From contig CAVQVS010000013.1 in assembly GCA_963717215.1 (NCBI GenBank), positions 229,073 through 293,072 of the forward strand: a stretch of 64,000 nt of DNA. Direction: 5' to 3'. Shown piece by piece: positions 47,427 to 57,196 of this stretch. This stretch comes from an uncultured Alphaproteobacteria bacterium (GTDB taxonomy: Bacteria; Pseudomonadota; Alphaproteobacteria; Rhizobiales; Beijerinckiaceae). The notes under the pieces are model-generated. The model saw only the letters and a list, made by a program, of their open reading frames with translations, searched no databases and was not told the DNA's origin. The translations under genes and the position numbers were made by a program. Position 1 is the first letter of the stretch. Each line of letters starts with the position of its first letter.

Positions 47427-48947
47427 CTCCATCAGCGCCCGATCCGCTCGGCCCGCCTCGATTCCCGACCCCGAGCGATCGTCATCGGGAGCGGATTCGG
47501 CGGTCTAGCGGCGGCCATTCGCCTGGGCGCGCGCGGCTACCGGGTCACAATCTTCGAAAAGCTCGACGCCCCCGGGGGCCGAGCCTACGTCCATCGTCAG
47601 GACGGCTTCACCTTCGACGCCGGACCGACGATCGTCACCGCGCCGTTCTTGTTCGAGGAACTGTGGACACTTTGCGGCCGTCGCATGAAAGACGACGTCG
47701 ACCTGCGGGCCATCGATCCCTTCTATGAGATTCGCTTCGACAACGGCGACGTCTTCACGATGAGCGGCGACGAAGCGGCGATGCGGGCGGAAGTCGCGCG
47801 CTTCGATGCGCGCGACGTTTCCGGCTTCGAACGCTTCATGCGGCGGAGCGAAGCGATCTACCGCACCGGGTTCGAGGAGCTCGGCGACGCGCCCTTCAGC
47901 TCGTTCGCCGACATGGCGCGCATCGCCGGCCATCTCATTCGTCTGGAGGGTCACCGAAGCGTCTACGGTCTCGTTTCAAAATACTTTCGCGACGAGCGGC
48001 TCAGGACCGTCTTCAGCTTTCATCCCCTGCTCATCGGCGGCAACCCGTTTCGCGCCAGCGCGATCTATTGCCTGATCCCCTTCCTGGAAAAACGCTGGGG
48101 CGTGCATTTCGCGATGGGCGGAACGGGGACATTGGTCAAGGGTCTCGCCGGCCTGATCGCTTCGCAAGGCGGAGAGATTCGCTGCGGAGAGGAGGTCGAG
48201 ACGATCATGGTCGAGGACGGCGTTGCGAAGGGCGTCGCGCTTGCGTCGGGCGAGATTCTCAGGGCGAGCGTCGTGGTCTCGAACGCCGATTCCGCCTCGA
48301 CCTATCGTCATCTCGTGCCGGCGCCGAGCCGACGACGATGGACCGACCGCAAGATCGACCGCGCCCGCTATTCGATGGGTCTCTTCGTCTGGTATTTTGG
48401 CGTCGACCGCCGCTACGAGGACGTCACGCATCACACTATCTTGCTGGGTCCTCGCTATCGCGAACTCCTTCGCGATATTTTCGATCGCAAGCGGCTCGCG
48501 CCCGATTTCAGCCTCTACCTGCATCGCCCGACTGCGACCGACCCGTCGCTCGCGCCTGAAGGTTGCGACGCCTTCTATGTGCTTTCGCCTGTTCCCAACC
48601 TGCAGGGCGGGCAGGACTGGCGGATCGAGGCCGAACGCTACCGCAAGGCGATCGAGCAATCGCTCGAAGCGACGGTTCTGCCTGACCTTTCGCGGCACAT
48701 CGCGACTTCGAGGATTGCGACGCCGCTCGATTTTCAGGACCGGCTCAACGCCTATCGCGGCGCCGGCTTCGGGCTCGAGCCTACGCTCACGCAGAGCGCC
48801 TGGTTCCGGCCTCACAATGCGAGCGAGGACGTGCGCAATCTTTTTCTCGTGGGGGCCGGAACGCACCCGGGCGCCGGACTGCCCGGCGTGCTTTCCTCAG
48901 CCCGTGTTCTCGACAAGGTTGCGCCTCATGCCTCAGTTTTCGTTTGA
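47418..48947 (+). CDS. crtI: Phytoene desaturase
   Basis: AIVIGSGFGGLAAAIRLGARGYRVTIFEKLDAPGGRA...FLVGAGTHPGAGLPGVLSSARV. Confidence 0.9.
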   Translation: MLTLHQRPIRSARLDSRPRAIVIGSGFGGLAAAIRLGARGYRVTIFEKLDAPGGRAYVHRQDGFTFDAGPTIVTAPFLFEELWTLCGRRMKDDVDLRAIDPFYEIRFDNGDVFTMSGDEAAMRAEVARFDARDVSGFERFMRRSEAIYRTGFEELGDAPFSSFADMARIAGHLIRLEGHRSVYGLVSKYFRDERLRTVFSFHPLLIGGNPFRASAIYCLIPFLEKRWGVHFAMGGTGTLVKGLAGLIASQGGEIRCGEEVETIMVEDGVAKGVALASGEILRASVVVSNADSASTYRHLVPAPSRRRWTDRKIDRARYSMGLFVWYFGVDRRYEDVTHHTILLGPRYRELLRDIFDRKRLAPDFSLYLHRPTATDPSLAPEGCDAFYVLSPVPNLQGGQDWRIEAERYRKAIEQSLEATVLPDLSRHIATSRIATPLDFQDRLNAYRGAGFGLEPTLTQSAWFRPHNASEDVRNLFLVGAGTHPGAGLPGVLSSARVLDKVAPHASVFV

Positions 48948-49971
48948 TCTCGCGAGTCTAAGCGATCATCGGGAATGCCGCCGCGCGATTCGGAACGGAT
49001 CACGGTCGTTTTATGCCGCCTCGAGGCTCCTGCCTGCAGAGACGCGTAAGCGGGGCTTCGCGCTTTACGCCTTCTGCCGCCTGTCGGATGATGCGATCGA
49101 CCTCAGTGGCGGCTCCAGGGACGCGCTGGACCGATTACGCGAGCGGCTCGCCTGCGTCGCGAGGGGGCGGCCCCAGCCATATGCGGCGGATCGTGCAATG
49201 GCGGATCTCATGCGCCGTTGCGCCATTCCCGCCGCTCTGCCCGAGGCCTTGCTCGAGGGGCTTGCCTGGGATTCGGAAGGCCGAAGCTACGAGACGATCG
49301 ACGAACTCTTCGACTATGCGGCGCGCGTCGCCGGCGCGGTCGGCGTGATGATGGCGCTCATCATGGACGTGCGATCGCCGCAGGCGCTCGCACGCGCCTG
49401 CGATCTGGGGGTTGCGATGCAACTCACCAACATCGCCCGCGATGTTGGTGAGGATGCGCGTCTCGGCCGAATCTATCTGCCCAGAGCCTGGCTGCGGGAA
49501 GCCGGAATCGACACGGACGCATGGCTCTCCGAACCCGATCTCGACGAACGGCTCCGCCCGATTGTCGGGCGCTTGCTCCAGGAGGCTGACGCGCTCTACG
49601 CCCGCGCCCGCGCCGGGATTGTGCTCTTGCCCGCAAATTGCCGTCCGGCGATTCTTGCTGCGGGGCTGATTTATCAAGAGATCGGCCGTGAGATCGAACG
49701 CAACGCCCTCAACTCCTTCACGCGACGCGCGCGGGTTTCAGCGACCCGAAAACTTCATTTGATCGCGCAAGCGATAGCCGGGTCGCTCTCCTTGTCTGAA
49801 ACGAGCGCAACGCCGCCTCTTCCTTGTGCGAACTTTCTCATCGAATCCGCACGAAGCGGCCACGCCATTCCGAGGAGATCCCCGCGCTCGATCGTGGGCT
49901 GGCGCGAATCCTTTATCCGCGTGCTCGGCGTCTTCGAAAGGCTCCAGCGTTCGGAACGCTTCGAAAGCTGA
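48928..49971 (+). CDS. crtB: Phytoene synthase
   Basis: SRSFYAASRLLP, YAFCRLSDDAID, VGVMMA, QLTNIARDVGEDARLGRIYLP. ATG 48928 overlaps the crtI 3' end by 20 nt. Confidence 0.9.
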   Translation: MPQFSFDLASLSDHRECRRAIRNGSRSFYAASRLLPAETRKRGFALYAFCRLSDDAIDLSGGSRDALDRLRERLACVARGRPQPYAADRAMADLMRRCAIPAALPEALLEGLAWDSEGRSYETIDELFDYAARVAGAVGVMMALIMDVRSPQALARACDLGVAMQLTNIARDVGEDARLGRIYLPRAWLREAGIDTDAWLSEPDLDERLRPIVGRLLQEADALYARARAGIVLLPANCRPAILAAGLIYQEIGREIERNALNSFTRRARVSATRKLHLIAQAIAGSLSLSETSATPPLPCANFLIESARSGHAIPRRSPRSIVGWRESFIRVLGVFERLQRSERFES

Positions 49972-49978
49972 TCTCCTC

Positions 49979-50128
49979 ATGGACGAGAAATATTATGGCG
50001 TCGTCGAGATGCTGTTCTCCTTCGGAGCGGTGCTCCTCTTCGGCTTCTGGCAGCTCCGGTCGGTGTCGAAGGCGAAGAAGGCGCGACTCGAGCGCGAGCG
50101 CGCACGGTTGGACGATGCCGGCCGCTGA
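49979..50128 (+). CDS. 49-aa single-TM protein, unknown
   Basis: MDEKYYGVVEMLFSFGAVLLFGFWQLRSVSKAKKARLERERARLDDAGR. It occupies the slot after crtB. Confidence 0.4.
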   Translation: MDEKYYGVVEMLFSFGAVLLFGFWQLRSVSKAKKARLERERARLDDAGR

Positions 50129-50282
50129 CGCTCAGGAGCAAATTGCATTTGGATCGAACCGCGATCGTCGTTGCAAGGAGCGATAGGGCGTCGAACGACG
50201 CCCGTCCTTCCGGACGGGCTATGGCGACGACGCAATCCAGGGTAACGTAGGGCGTCCATGTTCTCCGGATCGCCTTGTCGCT

Positions 50283-50822
50283 GTGCCCGACGCGATGCGG
50301 CCAATGCAGACGGCGTATTACTCCGAGCGGACGAAGAGTTTGACGGCGAAAGACGAGCCAGCCTCGCCATTCTGGCGCACGAAAACGCTCGACGAGATGA
50401 GTCTCGCCGAATGGGAGAGCCTATGCGACGGCTGCGGACGCTGCTGCCTCGTCAAGCTCGAGGACGAGGACACGGGCGAGATTCATTTCACCGATATTGG
50501 CTGCAAGCTGCTCGATGGCAGGACCTGCCGGTGCATCGACTATCCGCGCCGCCATCGAAAGGTTCCCGATTGCGTGAAGCTCACTCCGGACGCAGTCCGC
50601 AATTTGAGCTGGCTCCCAGTCACCTGCGCCTACAGGCTGGTGGCCAAGGGCGAGGACCTGTACAACTGGCATCCGCTGGTTTCGGGTTCGCCCGACAGCG
50701 TGCACGAGGCGGGGATCTCGGTGCGCGGGCGCGTGGCGATCAGCGAGACCGACCTCGCGCCCGAACATTGGCCGGACCGGATCGTCAAATGGCCGAACCG
50801 CAGGAAGCGGGCCAAGCGCTAA
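50283..50822 (+). CDS. YcgN/UPF0260 (YkgJ-type Cys-cluster) protein
   Basis: [43 protein letters not shown]. The start is uncertain. Confidence 0.8.
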   Translation: MPDAMRPMQTAYYSERTKSLTAKDEPASPFWRTKTLDEMSLAEWESLCDGCGRCCLVKLEDEDTGEIHFTDIGCKLLDGRTCRCIDYPRRHRKVPDCVKLTPDAVRNLSWLPVTCAYRLVAKGEDLYNWHPLVSGSPDSVHEAGISVRGRVAISETDLAPEHWPDRIVKWPNRRKRAKR

Positions 50823-50831
50823 GGGCGCGCC

Positions 50832-52151
50832 TCAAACCGCCGCGCGCAACAGACCTTCGGCGAAGAAACCATCCTTCGACTGGACGCCTGGCAGGACGAA
50901 GAAATATCCGCCGCCCACCGGCTTGATATACTCCTCGAGCTGCTCGCCGTTGAGGCGCGCTTGCACGGTGAGAAAGCCCGCGGCGAGATCGGCCTGGAAG
51001 CAGACGAACAGGAGGCCCATGTCGAGCTGGCCGGCGGTCGTCAGTCCGCGCGAGTAATTGTAGCCTCGACGTAAGATGCGGTTGGCCTCGGCGCCAGGGG
51101 TGCGGGGATTGGCGAGGCGGATGTGGGCGGTGAGCGGCACCCGAGCGCCCTTCGGGTCGGCCGCGTAATCAGGAATGTCGCGCTCATTCGGGTAGGTGAG
51201 CGGCGCGCCGCTCCCCTTCTCGCGGCCGATGATCTGTTCCTGTTCGATCAGCGCGTCGCGATCCCAGCGCTCCACGAAAATGCGAATGACGCGGACGACT
51301 TGATAGGTTCCGCCAGCCGTCCAGGCCGGTTCGCCTGAATTCGGCTGGGTCCACACGATGTCGTTCATCAAGGTTGCATCGCTGGCGTCGAGGTTGGCGG
51401 TGCCGTCCTTGAATCCGAGCAGGTTGCGGACGGTTTCCTTGCCGAGTTTCTTGATCGTATGGGGAGGCAGGAAGCCGTCGATCTTCCAGCGCAGCGAAAG
51501 AAGATCAGGCGTGTGCCTGAGGATGTCGCGCAAAGCGTGGATGTTCGTTTCGGCAGTGTTCGAGCAGAACTGCAGGACGACGTCGCCGTGACAATTATGC
51601 GCGTCGAGCGCGTCGTTGGGAAACTGCTCCATGGTGATGAGGCGCGTCGGCTTCAATTTCTGCAAGCCATAACGCTCATCGAACAGCGACGCGCCGAGCG
51701 CGACGGTCACCGTCAAATTGTCCGGGAATACATTTGTGCCAAGCAGGCCCGAATCCGGCGGCGGGTATTTCGGGTCCAGAGTCGCCGCCTCGCCGCCTTT
51801 CATCAGAAAAGCGATGCGGTCGGTCAGGGTTCGAAATAGCCGCTCGAGCCCCGGGCGGTCCTCGGCGAGAGCGTCGAAGCTTACGATCAGCGCAGCGGCT
51901 GGCTGCGGCGTCGTCACGCCAGACTGATGGAGGCCATAGAACGGCTGAGAATCCTGCGTGCCGTCATCGCCGGGCGCGAGCGTTCCGGCCGGCGTCGCGC
52001 GCGCCTGAGAGCCAAGCCCCAAGCCGATCGCGCCGCCCGCCAGACCCATCAGGAGATCGCGCCGTCCGGGCTGCAGCCCGCGTCGAGGCTCGCTGGCTCC
52101 CGCCGAAGCCGGCGAGAAGGGGCAGCCTCCCTGATCCTGGCGCGACGTCAC
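50832..52151 (-). CDS. efeB: Dyp-type peroxidase / deferrochelatase EfeB (Tat signal)
   Basis: GRRDLLMGLAGGAIGLGLGS, GFKDGTANL, AHIRLANP. GTG 52151 follows GGAAGG. Confidence 0.9.
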   Translation of the reverse strand: MTSRQDQGGCPFSPASAGASEPRRGLQPGRRDLLMGLAGGAIGLGLGSQARATPAGTLAPGDDGTQDSQPFYGLHQSGVTTPQPAAALIVSFDALAEDRPGLERLFRTLTDRIAFLMKGGEAATLDPKYPPPDSGLLGTNVFPDNLTVTVALGASLFDERYGLQKLKPTRLITMEQFPNDALDAHNCHGDVVLQFCSNTAETNIHALRDILRHTPDLLSLRWKIDGFLPPHTIKKLGKETVRNLLGFKDGTANLDASDATLMNDIVWTQPNSGEPAWTAGGTYQVVRVIRIFVERWDRDALIEQEQIIGREKGSGAPLTYPNERDIPDYAADPKGARVPLTAHIRLANPRTPGAEANRILRRGYNYSRGLTTAGQLDMGLLFVCFQADLAAGFLTVQARLNGEQLEEYIKPVGGGYFFVLPGVQSKDGFFAEGLLRAAV

Positions 52152-52173
52152 GCGGTTGCCTTCCGTTCGATCG

Positions 52174-53334
52174 TTACTCGACGCCGAGCGTGCCCTTGAG
52201 CGCGGAGAGATCCTCGGCGAGCGCCGTGACAGGACCTTTAAGCGCATTGCGGTCCGGGTCTGACAGCTTCTCATAGCTCTGGAAGCCTCCGTCCTTCGTC
52301 CTGTATTTGGCGAGGAGGGTGTCGACCTTGGCGAAATTCTCCCGCAGCCGGGCGCTGAGTTTGGGGTCCTGCTTCACGATCAGGGGGTTGAGGAGGGCGA
52401 CGATCTTCTGGGCTCCGTCCACATTCGCCTGGAAGTCCCAAAGATCGGTGCGGCTGTAACGATCCTCCTCGCCGGCGATCTTCTTGGACGCGACTTCCTC
52501 AATCAAGTCGGCCGCTCCACCGACAATGTTCTTCGGAGCGACGGTAAGCCCGTCGATGCGCTTCTGCAGGTCGAGCGTGTCAGCCATCAGCTGGTCCGCG
52601 ATCGGGGCCAACCCGGCAGTCGACTTGTCGGTGAACAGACCCTTCTCGAGCCGATGGAAGCCGGTGAATTTGGGATCTTCCGCCTTCTTCTCGAAATCGT
52701 CCTCGCGCAAATCCATCGTACCGTCGAGATCGTTGAACAGCTCTGCGATCGGCTCGATCCGCTCATAGTGCTGATGGGCGGGCGCGTAGACCTTCTGCGC
52801 CTCGGCCAGCTTGCCGGCCTTCACAGCGTCGGTGAGTTTGCGGGTCTCGGCGACGAGCACGTCCACTTCTGCCTTCACATAGACTTTGTATTCCGCGATC
52901 GGACCAACCAGGTCCATCGGCGAGGGCTTCGGCGGCGCCTCGCTGGTGGCCGCGACTTTCAGAATTCCCTTAGGATTGCTCCTGAGCCCGCAGGTCATCG
53001 CATAGTCCCCGGCGTCGAGCGTCGCGGTCAGAGTTTGTGCGAAGCCCGGAAGGATGTTCTCGCGCTCCTCAACGACCATGACGTCTTTCAGGATCTCCCA
53101 TTCGACGGCGTGCGTGCTTTCATTCTTGATGTTGAATGTGGTCTTGCCGGCGGGGACGTCGACCTTCGCCGGGTCGCATCCCGCATTGGTCAAAGTGATC
53201 AGGATTGGCCCGGGCGCGATGGGCGCGGCGTCTGCTTGCCCGAAAGCCTGACCGCTGATGGTCACCGGAAGGGATAGCAAGGCGGCCCCGCCAAAAAGGG
53301 TGAACCTCAACCGGGTTGTTCGCGAGTTCCTCAT
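52174..53334 (-). CDS. efeO: Iron-uptake component EfeO (cupredoxin-like N-domain plus imelysin/M75-like domain)
   Basis: Signal peptide, cupredoxin-like N-terminal region and a GFHRLEKGLF-type M75 motif. Confidence 0.9.
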   Translation of the reverse strand: MRNSRTTRLRFTLFGGAALLSLPVTISGQAFGQADAAPIAPGPILITLTNAGCDPAKVDVPAGKTTFNIKNESTHAVEWEILKDVMVVEERENILPGFAQTLTATLDAGDYAMTCGLRSNPKGILKVAATSEAPPKPSPMDLVGPIAEYKVYVKAEVDVLVAETRKLTDAVKAGKLAEAQKVYAPAHQHYERIEPIAELFNDLDGTMDLREDDFEKKAEDPKFTGFHRLEKGLFTDKSTAGLAPIADQLMADTLDLQKRIDGLTVAPKNIVGGAADLIEEVASKKIAGEEDRYSRTDLWDFQANVDGAQKIVALLNPLIVKQDPKLSARLRENFAKVDTLLAKYRTKDGGFQSYEKLSDPDRNALKGPVTALAEDLSALKGTLGVE

Positions 53335-53372
53335 TTTGTTTCTTCCCCTGCTGGTCTGCAATGGCGAGTGCG

Positions 53373-54218
53373 TTAGGTCTTGGAAAGCTGGGGCGCGGCG
53401 CGCGCGACCGGCGCGGGGCGGGCGGGCGCGAAGAAGAGGATCAAAGCGGGAATGAGGTAGGCGAAATAGACGATCACTTCGCCGACGGTCGGCGCGTCCT
53501 GATAGCCAAAGATACCGGCGAGCAGCGTGCCGATCAGACCATCCTGCGGCATGAACGCGCTGAGGTCGAAGGCCGTGTTCTGCAAGCCGTTCCAGAGCCC
53601 GGCTTCATGAAATGCGCGGAGCGAACCGGCGAGCAGACCGGCGGCGACGAAAATGATGAAGACGCCGGTCCAGCGGAAGAAATGGCGCAGATTGAGCTTC
53701 ACGCCGAAAGAGTAGATCGCGAAACCAACGCCGACGGCCGACCCAAGGCCGAGCGCCGCGCCGATCGGAACCGCCCAGCCGTCGCTCTGCTGGACGATCG
53801 CGAGAAGAAAGAACAGGGATTCGAGCCCCTCGCGGCCGACGGCGAAGAAGACCATCCCGATCAGCGCAAGGCCCTGGCGGTCGCCTGCACGCAAGGCGTT
53901 GTCGATCGAGTCATGCAATTGCGCCTTGATCGACCGCGCCGCTTTCTTCATCCAGAAGACCATTGAGGTGAGGATCGCCGTCGCGAGAAGCGCGACCAGG
54001 CCTTCGAAGAGCTCCTGCTGGCGCTGAGGGAATTCCTTGTTGGCGCTGACGAGAGCGAAGCCCACGGCGAGGCAGACGGCGACGGCGACGCCGACGCCGA
54101 CCCACACCACTGGCAGCCATTGCGTGCGACCGGATTGCCGAAGATAGCTCGCCACGATGCCAACGATCAGCGCGGCTTCAATTCCTTCGCGCAGCATGAT
54201 CAAATAGGCGGCGAACAT
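53373..54218 (-). CDS. efeU: FTR1-family ferrous iron permease EfeU
   Basis: REGIEAAL and REGLESLF (two REGxE motifs); seven TM helices. Confidence 0.9.
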   Translation of the reverse strand: MFAAYLIMLREGIEAALIVGIVASYLRQSGRTQWLPVVWVGVGVAVAVCLAVGFALVSANKEFPQRQQELFEGLVALLATAILTSMVFWMKKAARSIKAQLHDSIDNALRAGDRQGLALIGMVFFAVGREGLESLFFLLAIVQQSDGWAVPIGAALGLGSAVGVGFAIYSFGVKLNLRHFFRWTGVFIIFVAAGLLAGSLRAFHEAGLWNGLQNTAFDLSAFMPQDGLIGTLLAGIFGYQDAPTVGEVIVYFAYLIPALILFFAPARPAPVARAAPQLSKT

Positions 54219-54342
54219 TGGGAACGCTTATCGTCGGGAAAACGGGTTCGAGGCCCGCCCACCACAGGCATTGACGCGGATCTCTATCGCGTAACGCCGC
54301 GGGTTTGGTGAAGTCAACAAAACCACGCTTGGACTGTTCAAC

Positions 54343-54359
54343 ATTAGAAACGTTCTAAA
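54343..54359. promoter_or_regulatory. Iron control element (Irr box), one mismatch
   Basis: ATTAGAAACGTTCTAAA compared with TTTAGAA-N3-TTCTAAA. Confidence 0.65.
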
Positions 54360-54376
54360 GCCCGCGCGCTCGCAAG

Positions 54377-54393
54377 TTTAGAATCGTTCTAAA
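54377..54393. promoter_or_regulatory. Iron control element (Irr box), perfect
   Basis: TTTAGAATCGTTCTAAA lies about 160 nt upstream of efeU. Confidence 0.7.
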
Positions 54394-54531
54394 CTGCCTT
54401 TGAGATGAAAAGACCTCAGCTTGCCGTTTGGCGAGCGCAGGGCGTTTGCAAGCGCTCGCGGAGTCCTGGGCGAGCTCCGTTGCAAGCCGGATCTGAGGCG
54501 TCAGCGCAACCGTTGTTATTGAGTTGCGTGA

Positions 54532-55062
54532 TCAGGCGGGAACGTACGTCAACCTGATGACACCCTCGCCCACCCGATCGCTGGCCACGAGGCGCAGCGG
54601 CGGCCGGGGGCCGGCGAAGAATGGCTTGCCGCGACCAAGCACGACGGGGTGGAGGTAGAGTCGATATTCATCGATGAGGCCAAGGTTGGTCAGGCTTTGC
54701 GCCAGGTCTGGTCCAGCGACTTCGATCTCCCCCGCGAGGCGGGACTTCAGCCCCCGTATCACCGCCTCGACATCGTCCCGGACGAGGGTGGCGTTGGGTC
54801 CGACGGATTTGAGCGAGCGCGACACAACCCATTTTGGTTGGCTCCGCCATGCCGCCGCGAAGTCGCGTTCCGCCGCGTCCCAGTCAGGCTGGTCTTCGTC
54901 CCAATAGCGCATCACCTCGTACATGCGGCGGCCGTACACGCTGGCGGTCAACCCGCGGACCAGCTCAATGAAGTGGCGAAAGAGCCCGGGGTCCGGCAGC
55001 ATGAGCTGGTGGTCGACATAGCCGTCGAGCGACTGGTTCAATCCGAAGACGAGCTTCGCCAT
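54532..55062 (-). CDS. Dihydrofolate-reductase-like (RibD C-terminal domain) family protein
   Basis: MAKLVFGLNQSLDGYV...DEYRLYLHPVVLGRGKPFF. Confidence 0.75.
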   Translation of the reverse strand: MAKLVFGLNQSLDGYVDHQLMLPDPGLFRHFIELVRGLTASVYGRRMYEVMRYWDEDQPDWDAAERDFAAAWRSQPKWVVSRSLKSVGPNATLVRDDVEAVIRGLKSRLAGEIEVAGPDLAQSLTNLGLIDEYRLYLHPVVLGRGKPFFAGPRPPLRLVASDRVGEGVIRLTYVPA

Positions 55063-55161
55063 GCCATACAATCCCGTCCGAAAGTTTGCTTTCGCCGACC
55101 GATACGGAACTGGGGTGAGCGCAAACTGCGCGCCTCGCTCCGCGCCACGAAAAGCGCAGCC

Positions 55162-56142
55162 TCAGGGCACGAGCACAGCTGCGCCTTCGAGGCGCCCGGT
55201 GCGTAAATCATTGAGCGCTTCGTTGGCCCTGTCGAGCGGATAGGGCGTGGTCGTCGTTCGCACCTTGGCCTGCGGCGCTACGCCCAAGAATTCGTGACCG
55301 TCGGCGCGGGTCAGATTGGCGACCGAGGCGACGCTGCGCTCCTCCCATAGCAAGCTATAGGGGAACGCGGGGATGTCGCTCATGTGAATGCCGCCGCAGA
55401 CAACGCGGCCGCCCTTGCGCAACGCGGCTAGCGCGGCGGGGACGAGCGCGCCAACTGGCGCGAATAGAATTGCGGCGTCGAGGGGTTCGGGTGGCTTGTC
55501 GTCCGAGCCGCCGGCCCAGTCGACGCCGACCGAGCGGGCGAACGCCTGGCCGGCGTCGTCGCCGGGCCGGGTGAAGGCGAACACACGCCGGCCCTGCCAG
55601 CGACAGACCTGGGCAATGATGTGCCCAGCGGCGCCGAAGCCATAAATGCCAATCGTCCGCCCGTCGCCGGCGATCTTGAGCGAACGCCAGCCGATCAGGC
55701 CGGCGCAGAGGAGCGGCGCCGTCGCGACCGGGTCGAGATCGTCGGAAAGCGGAAAGACGAAATCCGCCTCCGCGATCGTATGCGTGGCGTAGCCCCCGTC
55801 GCGCGTGTAGCCGGTGAACAGCGCCGCATCGCACAGGTTTTCACGATCGCTCCGGCAATAGGAGCAAGTCCCGTCGGTGCGGCCGAGCCAGGCGACGCCG
55901 ACGCGGGCGCCAAGCTTGAGGCCGACCCCCGCGCCGACCGCGTCGACGCGGCCGACGATCTCATGTCCCGGCACAATGGGCAGCTTCGGGTTCGGCAGTT
56001 CGCCATCGACGACGTGAAGGTCTGTGCGGCAGACACCGCAAGCCTCGACCCGAATGCGAACCTCGCCCGGTCCGGGCGACGGCTCGGGCCGCTCCTCCAT
56101 CAAGAGCCGTTCGTGCGTCTGATGCAGGACCATGGCGCGCAT
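55162..56142 (-). CDS. Zinc-dependent alcohol dehydrogenase
   Basis: EACGVCRTDLHVVDGE, GHEIVG, GIYGFGAAGH. Confidence 0.85.
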   Translation of the reverse strand: MRAMVLHQTHERLLMEERPEPSPGPGEVRIRVEACGVCRTDLHVVDGELPNPKLPIVPGHEIVGRVDAVGAGVGLKLGARVGVAWLGRTDGTCSYCRSDRENLCDAALFTGYTRDGGYATHTIAEADFVFPLSDDLDPVATAPLLCAGLIGWRSLKIAGDGRTIGIYGFGAAGHIIAQVCRWQGRRVFAFTRPGDDAGQAFARSVGVDWAGGSDDKPPEPLDAAILFAPVGALVPAALAALRKGGRVVCGGIHMSDIPAFPYSLLWEERSVASVANLTRADGHEFLGVAPQAKVRTTTTPYPLDRANEALNDLRTGRLEGAAVLVP

Positions 56143-56157
56143 CAGAATAGCGCCCCT

Positions 56158-56397
56158 TCAGGCGCGCCGGGAGCCGGCGACCGACCGTCGGAGAAGCGCG
56201 TAGAGGCTCCCGCCGCTGAGCGCCCCCAGCACATAGACAACGAAAACGAGCACGGCGAGCGGCAGCGTGACGCTAAGCGCGAGGAAGGAGACGTCGACGC
56301 TCTGCGTGTTCTGAAACACGAAGACAATCAGTGCGGCGACGAACACGATCACGATCGCCAGATAAAACCAGCGCACGCGAACATCTCCTTGGCCCAC
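56158..56397 (-). CDS. LapA-domain (DUF1049-like) small membrane protein
   Basis: Two TM helices; FVFQNTQSVDVSFL. Confidence 0.5.
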   Translation of the reverse strand: MGQGDVRVRWFYLAIVIVFVAALIVFVFQNTQSVDVSFLALSVTLPLAVLVFVVYVLGALSGGSLYALLRRSVAGSRRA

Positions 56398-56461
56398 GAC
56401 ACTCGTCGCCGTGTCGGCTCAAATCGGGCGCCGCTTCATCGAGGCGCCCTGCGTCTCTCCC

Positions 56462-57031
56462 TCAGGCCGCTTGGCGCAAGCCTAAGCCCAGTCCGATCCA
56501 GCTCGCGCCCGCGAACACGAGATCGATGCCGAGAAAGATTCCAAGCACGTAGAGCGAGGAGACCGGCCAATGGATCAGGATGATGATTCCAAGCAGGAGC
56601 GTGATCAGCCCCGAGGCGACGACCCAGCCCCATGGCGTCCCGCCCTTCATGTTGAACCCGAGGAAGACGCGCATGATGCCTGACGCGACCAGCGCCGCGC
56701 CAAGAATGAGCGTGAGCCAAACCGCGGTCAGCAGCGGATTGTCGAAGGCCGTGAAGCCGGCGATGATGTAGAGGACCCCGAGCAGGAGCCAGAAGAGGAA
56801 ACGTCCCCAGGTCTTGATCTGGAACGAGTGGATGACCTCGAAAACGCCCGCGACGATCATCATGATGCCGACGACGTAGACCGTCGCCACCGTCGCCATG
56901 ACGACGCTTCCAAGCGCGATGACGCCGGCGACGAGGTAGACAACGCCGAGTGCGACGACCCAACCCCATTTGCCCCGCAGCGGCGCGATGCCCGCGCCGG
57001 GCCCGAGTCCTAATACCGATGCGTTGGTCAT
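56462..57031 (-). CDS. HdeD-family (DUF308) membrane protein
   Basis: Six TM helices with repeated G/A-rich DUF308 units; WGWVVALGVVYLVAGVIAL. Confidence 0.75.
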   Translation of the reverse strand: MTNASVLGLGPGAGIAPLRGKWGWVVALGVVYLVAGVIALGSVVMATVATVYVVGIMMIVAGVFEVIHSFQIKTWGRFLFWLLLGVLYIIAGFTAFDNPLLTAVWLTLILGAALVASGIMRVFLGFNMKGGTPWGWVVASGLITLLLGIIILIHWPVSSLYVLGIFLGIDLVFAGASWIGLGLGLRQAA

Positions 57032-57196
57032 GGCGTCGTCCCCAATTCCTCCCGCGCAATGACAGGAGCTTCCTAGCCCTCTGGCGCGAATCTCAGCGCA
57101 ATCTATCACAGTCAATCTTCATGAGAAGCGTCCGTCCAGGCGCTGGCGTGTGGTGAAGCACACCGAATTGGGGAGGACAGAGTTGGGATTGCCCCC

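Noticed and set aside
50200-50219. GC-rich hairpin GCCCGTCC-TTCC-GGACGGGC after the crtB-side small ORF, considered as a terminator
   Set aside because: No T-run follows. It may still act as an RNA stability element, but the evidence is insufficient for a terminator call.
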